Assembly: GCF_900187275.1 (NCBI RefSeq)
Contig: NZ_LT906458.1
Coordinates: 1,710,001 to 1,742,000 of the forward strand
Direction of reading: 5' to 3'
DNA length: 32,000 bases
DNA from: Pasteurella multocida
Lineage (GTDB): Bacteria; Pseudomonadota; Gammaproteobacteria; Enterobacterales; Pasteurellaceae
Shown piece after piece: positions 28,172-32,000 of this stretch (the first letter of the stretch is position 1; every line of letters starts with the position of its first letter). The notes under the pieces were generated by a model. The model saw only the letters and a program-made list of their open reading frames with translations. It ran no database searches and was not told where the DNA came from. The position numbers and the translations under genes were made by a program.

Positions 28172-29476
28172 ATGGAAAGTATTTTGTCATTATTAAGAGG
28201 AATGGGCATCATGCATCTGGAGTTGGGTCAAGCTCTCATGATGCTAATAAGCCTTGTCCTCTTGTGGCTTGCCATCGCCAGAAAATTTGAGCCTTTGCTC
28301 CTTCTCCCCATTGGATTTGGTGGATTATTATCCAACATTCCAGAAGCAGGGCTAGCGATGAGTGCCTTAGAAAGCCTACTACATCAAGGCAGTGCTGAAC
28401 AAATTGCGATCATCGCCGCGAAGCTCAATACGGTCGCGGATCCTGTTGCAATTAAAGAGGCTTTAGCCAATGCCGTCCCTTCTGTACAAAATCAGCTTGA
28501 GGTGATGGCGGGGGATATGGGCTACAATGCGGGAGTCTTGGCACTGTTTTATAAAGTAGCCATTGGCTACGGCGTTGCACCACTTATCATCTTTATGGGC
28601 GTAGGAGCCATGACCGACTTTGGTCCATTGCTGGCGAATCCACGAACCTTGTTGTTGGGAGCTGCCGCACAGTTTGGTATTTTTGCGACGATTATTGGCG
28701 CCTTACTCCTCAACTGGACAGGCATTATTAGTTTTACCCTGCCACAAGCGGCTGCTATCGGTATTATTGGTGGCGCCGACGGTCCAACAGCGATTTATCT
28801 CTCCAGTAAATTAGCGCCAGAGTTATTGGGGGCGATTGCTGTTGCCGCGTATTCTTACATGGCGCTCGTGCCTTTAATTCAGCCACCAATTATGCGTGCT
28901 CTCACCACCCAAGCAGAACGAAAAATTAAAATGGTTCAACTGCGCAATGTCAGTAATCGTGAGAAAATTTTATTCCCTATCGTGTTAGTCACTTTAGTCG
29001 CCTTGCTTTTACCAGATGCCGCACCTTTATTAGGGATGTTCTGTTTTGGTAACTTACTGCGTACCAGTGGTGTAGTAGAACGCCTCAATGATACAGCACA
29101 AAATGCTTTGATCAATATTGTGACCATTTTCTTAGGTTTAGCAGTGGGATCTAAATTGGTCGCGGATAAATTCTTGCAACCGCAAACCTTAGGGATTTTA
29201 TTGCTTGGTGTGGTCGCCTTCTGTATTGGTACTGCCAGTGGGGTCATCATGGCGAAATTTATGAATAAAATTTGTAAACACCCAATTAACCCACTGATTG
29301 GTGCTGCAGGGGTATCGGCTGTGCCTATGGCTGCACGTGTTGCCAATAAAGTCGGATTAGAAGAAGATCACCAAAACTTCTTATTGATGCATGCAATGGG
29401 ACCTAACGTGGCAGGTGTGATTGGTTCTGCCATTGCCGCAGGTGTGATGTTGAAATACGTCTCTGCGCTCATGTAA
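28172..29476 (+). CDS. oadB: Na+-pumping oxaloacetate decarboxylase beta subunit
   Basis: 434 aa membrane protein, [52 protein letters not shown]. Confidence 0.97.
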   Translation: MESILSLLRGMGIMHLELGQALMMLISLVLLWLAIARKFEPLLLLPIGFGGLLSNIPEAGLAMSALESLLHQGSAEQIAIIAAKLNTVADPVAIKEALANAVPSVQNQLEVMAGDMGYNAGVLALFYKVAIGYGVAPLIIFMGVGAMTDFGPLLANPRTLLLGAAAQFGIFATIIGALLLNWTGIISFTLPQAAAIGIIGGADGPTAIYLSSKLAPELLGAIAVAAYSYMALVPLIQPPIMRALTTQAERKIKMVQLRNVSNREKILFPIVLVTLVALLLPDAAPLLGMFCFGNLLRTSGVVERLNDTAQNALINIVTIFLGLAVGSKLVADKFLQPQTLGILLLGVVAFCIGTASGVIMAKFMNKICKHPINPLIGAAGVSAVPMAARVANKVGLEEDHQNFLLMHAMGPNVAGVIGSAIAAGVMLKYVSALM

Positions 29477-29524
29477 ATGGCTAAATGCCGATAAAGTGCG
29501 GTATAAAAACACACTTTTCCGATA

Positions 29525-29562
29525 AAAAATCCTCGTTAGATATAATACTAACGAGGATTTTT
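29525..29562. terminator. Bidirectional intrinsic terminator between oadB and lysA
   Basis: AAAAATCCTCGTTAG-ATATAATA-CTAACGAGGATTTTT, 15 bp perfect arms. Confidence 0.93.
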
Positions 29563-29598
29563 CTTTTCATGTTACATCTCAGCGATAGGTGATGGTAT

Positions 29599-30849
29599 TT
29601 ATGGCAAGAGTCGTTCCAATGCCCACAGTTCTTCCAGTGTTTCACGGCGGCGGATTAAATGCACTTGATCTCCATCCACCATCACTTCCGCGGTACGCGA
29701 ACGTGAATTATAGTTGGAGGACATACTGGCGCCATAAGCCCCTGCGGAACGTTGTGCCAAATAATCACCAGCCGCAATCGCCAATTCCCGTTGTTTGCCG
29801 AGAAAATCCGAGGTTTCACAAATTGGTCCTACAACGTCATAAACCGCTTTATCACGTGTTAACGTACGATCAACTTCAATAATATTCATATACGCCTGAT
29901 ACAATGCTGGGCGAATCATATCATTCATCCCCGCGTCAACAATCGCAAAATGGCGATCTTCATTATGTTTGAGATATTCCACTTTAGTGACCAAAATCCC
30001 TGCATTCGCGGTGATTGCACGACCCGGCTCAAGAATAATCTCAAGTTCATGATAGGCTTTTAATTTATCTAACAATGCACTGGCATATTCACTCGGATGC
30101 GGTGGGTTTTCATTAGTATAAGGTACGCCCAAACCACCACCTAAATCTAAATGTTTAAGCTGAATACCATCTTGTTTCAACTGTTCCATTAACACAATTA
30201 GACGATCTGTGGCATCTAAGAAAGGTTGTAATTCAGTCAATTGTGACCCAATATGGCAATCCATACCTGTGATTTGAATATGAGGTAATTGATTTGCTAA
30301 TTGATAAACGTTACGGGCTTCCGCCACACTAATACCAAATTTATTTTCTTTTAAACCGGTTGAAATATAAGGATGCGTGCGCGCATCCACATCAGGATTA
30401 ACGCGCAATGAAATAGGCGCAGTTTTCCCCATTTCACCCGCCACCTGATTAATTCGATACAACTCAGCAACCGATTCCACATTAAAACAGCGTATGCCCA
30501 CCTCTAATGCACGAGCAATTTCTGTTTCTGTTTTCGCCACACCAGAAAACACTATTTTACTCGGCTCGCCACCCGCCGCTAGGACACGTTCCAATTCACC
30601 TTGGGACACAATATCAAAACCTGAACCTAACCGCGCCATAATATTCAAAATCGCGATGTTAGGATTGGATTTCACCGCAAAGCAAATCAAATGCGGATGA
30701 TCGCCAAGTGCGTTATTAAAGGCATGCCAATGACGTTCTAACGTGGCACGAGAATAAATATACAAAGGGGTACCATATTGCTGTGCAATGTGTTTTACCG
30801 GCACTTGTTCTGCCATCAGTTGTGCTTGTTGATATTGAAAATAATCCAT
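29599..30849 (-). CDS. lysA: Diaminopimelate decarboxylase
   Basis: 416 aa; YGTPLYIYSRATLERH, CFAVKSNPNIAIL, GGGLGVPY, EPGRAITANAG. Confidence 0.98.
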   Translation of the reverse strand: MDYFQYQQAQLMAEQVPVKHIAQQYGTPLYIYSRATLERHWHAFNNALGDHPHLICFAVKSNPNIAILNIMARLGSGFDIVSQGELERVLAAGGEPSKIVFSGVAKTETEIARALEVGIRCFNVESVAELYRINQVAGEMGKTAPISLRVNPDVDARTHPYISTGLKENKFGISVAEARNVYQLANQLPHIQITGMDCHIGSQLTELQPFLDATDRLIVLMEQLKQDGIQLKHLDLGGGLGVPYTNENPPHPSEYASALLDKLKAYHELEIILEPGRAITANAGILVTKVEYLKHNEDRHFAIVDAGMNDMIRPALYQAYMNIIEVDRTLTRDKAVYDVVGPICETSDFLGKQRELAIAAGDYLAQRSAGAYGASMSSNYNSRSRTAEVMVDGDQVHLIRRRETLEELWALERLLP

Positions 30850-30862
30850 TTCTTACCTGCTA

Positions 30863-30979
30863 TTATTGTGTTTTTTGTACTGTCTCATTTTCAGGGAAAT
30901 ACAAAGGACCTTTCACACCACAAGCCACACTTAAGGCACAAACCATCCCTAATAAGAAAATTGAAACCCATTTTTTCAT
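30863..30979 (-). CDS. Small lipoprotein, LptM/YifL-like, upstream of lysA
   Basis: Read directly (absent from ORF track): MKKWVSIFLLGMVCALSVACGVKGPLYFPENETVQKTQ; lipobox LSVAC followed by GVKGPLYFP. Confidence 0.9.
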   Translation of the reverse strand: MKKWVSIFLLGMVCALSVACGVKGPLYFPENETVQKTQ

Positions 30980-31100
30980 ACCATCATCCTTACTCATTCA
31001 ATTCGATAACACTTTTTACCATTAAATCCGCCTTTGTGCTATCACAATAATGCGAAAATCTTTATAATCCTTATTTTAGGATGACGATAAAGAGGCCTTT

Positions 31101-31409
31101 ATGAACGTAACAGAATTTCATCAAAATATTGAACAGGTATGGGCAAAAATCGAAGAACAATTAGAAGCACAAGACTGTGATGTGGATTGTGATACACAAG
31201 GTTCGGTATTCAGCATTACCTTTCAAGATCGTAGCCAAGTGGTGATCAACAAACAAGAACCTTTATTAGAATTATGGTTAGCAAGCCGTGTGGGTGGTTT
31301 CCATTTTCGTTATCAAAATAACAATTGGACAAGCAATGATGGAAAAGACTTTTGGGCGTGTTTAGAAGAAGCTTGTGCCGCTCATGGTGAAATCGTTCAC
31401 TTTAGTTAA
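31101..31409 (+). CDS. cyaY: Iron-sulfur cluster assembly protein CyaY (bacterial frataxin)
   Basis: 102 aa, acidic N-terminus, FSITFQDRSQVVINKQEPLLELWLASRVGGFHF. Confidence 0.97.
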   Translation: MNVTEFHQNIEQVWAKIEEQLEAQDCDVDCDTQGSVFSITFQDRSQVVINKQEPLLELWLASRVGGFHFRYQNNNWTSNDGKDFWACLEEACAAHGEIVHFS

Positions 31410-31422
31410 GGAAGTAATCAGA

Positions 31423-32000
31423 ATGTACAAAGCAAAAGGAATTAACCTGTACAAAAAATGCCTTATCTTAGCAGTGTTAGGCGTCTTTGTTAGCCATGGT
31501 ACACAGGCAAATGAAAGTGACGCGCGTCCCTATAAAAGTAAAGCAGAAGTCTTATTAACTAAATCTGATGCCTTCATCGGCTTACTTGGCTACGAAGAAA
31601 ACTATCTGTTGGGGACCTATTCAAACAGGCATTTTCTTAAACGCGAAAAAACGCAAAAAGATGAGATTAAGTTCAAAATTAGCTTAGCACTTCCCCTTTG
31701 GCGGGGTATTTTGGGCAATAACTCCGTATTAGCCGCCTCTTATACACAAAAGTCCTGGTTTCAGCTAAGTAATGTTGATGATTCTTCTCCTTTCCGCGAA
31801 ACCAATTACGAACCTCAGCTATTTTTGGCTTGGAAAACGCAATATTCCTTACCTTTTGGCTGGACATTACAGGATGTGGAAACCGGGATAAATCATCAAT
31901 CCAATGGGCGCGATGATGCGGAAAAACTCTCTCGCAGTTGGAATCGCCTCTATGTGCGTGCCTCTGCCATAAAACAGAATTGGACAGTTGAAATCAAACC
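31423..32000 (+). CDS. pldA: Outer membrane phospholipase A (OMPLA), truncated by the window end
   Basis: Translated from the sequence: LLGTYSNRHFLKREKTQKDEIKFKISLALPLWRGILGNNSVLAASYTQKSWFQLSN...SSPFRETNYEPQLFLAWK...INHQSNGRDD (catalytic His/Ser region). Confidence 0.93.
   Translation, partial: MYKAKGINLYKKCLILAVLGVFVSHGTQANESDARPYKSKAEVLLTKSDAFIGLLGYEENYLLGTYSNRHFLKREKTQKDEIKFKISLALPLWRGILGNNSVLAASYTQKSWFQLSNVDDSSPFRETNYEPQLFLAWKTQYSLPFGWTLQDVETGINHQSNGRDDAEKLSRSWNRLYVRASAIKQNWTVEIK

Noticed and set aside
29589-29882. Plus-strand ORF overlapping the 3' end of lysA
   Set aside because: Opposite a clear LysA C-terminus; no homology recognised.

Overview
This window looks like a conserved chromosomal segment of a Pasteurellaceae bacterium, based on Hin-type uptake sequences AAGTGCGGT/ACCGCACTT and protein content. 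From start to end it contains: a PuuB/OrdL-like FAD oxidoreductase (-) divergent from a PotD-like polyamine-binding protein (+); ribB (-) behind an FMN riboswitch with an apparent intrinsic terminator; ubiK-like, nadR and a translationally coupled metallophosphoesterase (+); the complete S10/spc/alpha ribosomal protein clusters (-) from rplQ to rpsJ, including rpmJ, which the ORF track missed; a ClC chloride channel gene (+) split by one in-frame amber codon, overlapping dusA (+); a tnaC-tnaA-permease operon (-) with an unannotated leader peptide and a CRP-like site; oadGAB (+); a small LptM-like lipoprotein gene with lysA (-); cyaY (+); and a truncated pldA (+). I found no CRISPR array, prophage, toxin-antitoxin or obvious defence island. 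The most useful second-look items are the amber-split ClC gene, the tnaC leader, the riboswitch terminator, the alpha-operon leader structure, the nadR-phosphoesterase coupling, and the apparent absence of uptake sequences across the 14 kb ribosomal cluster. All calls come from reading the sequence; no database search was run.
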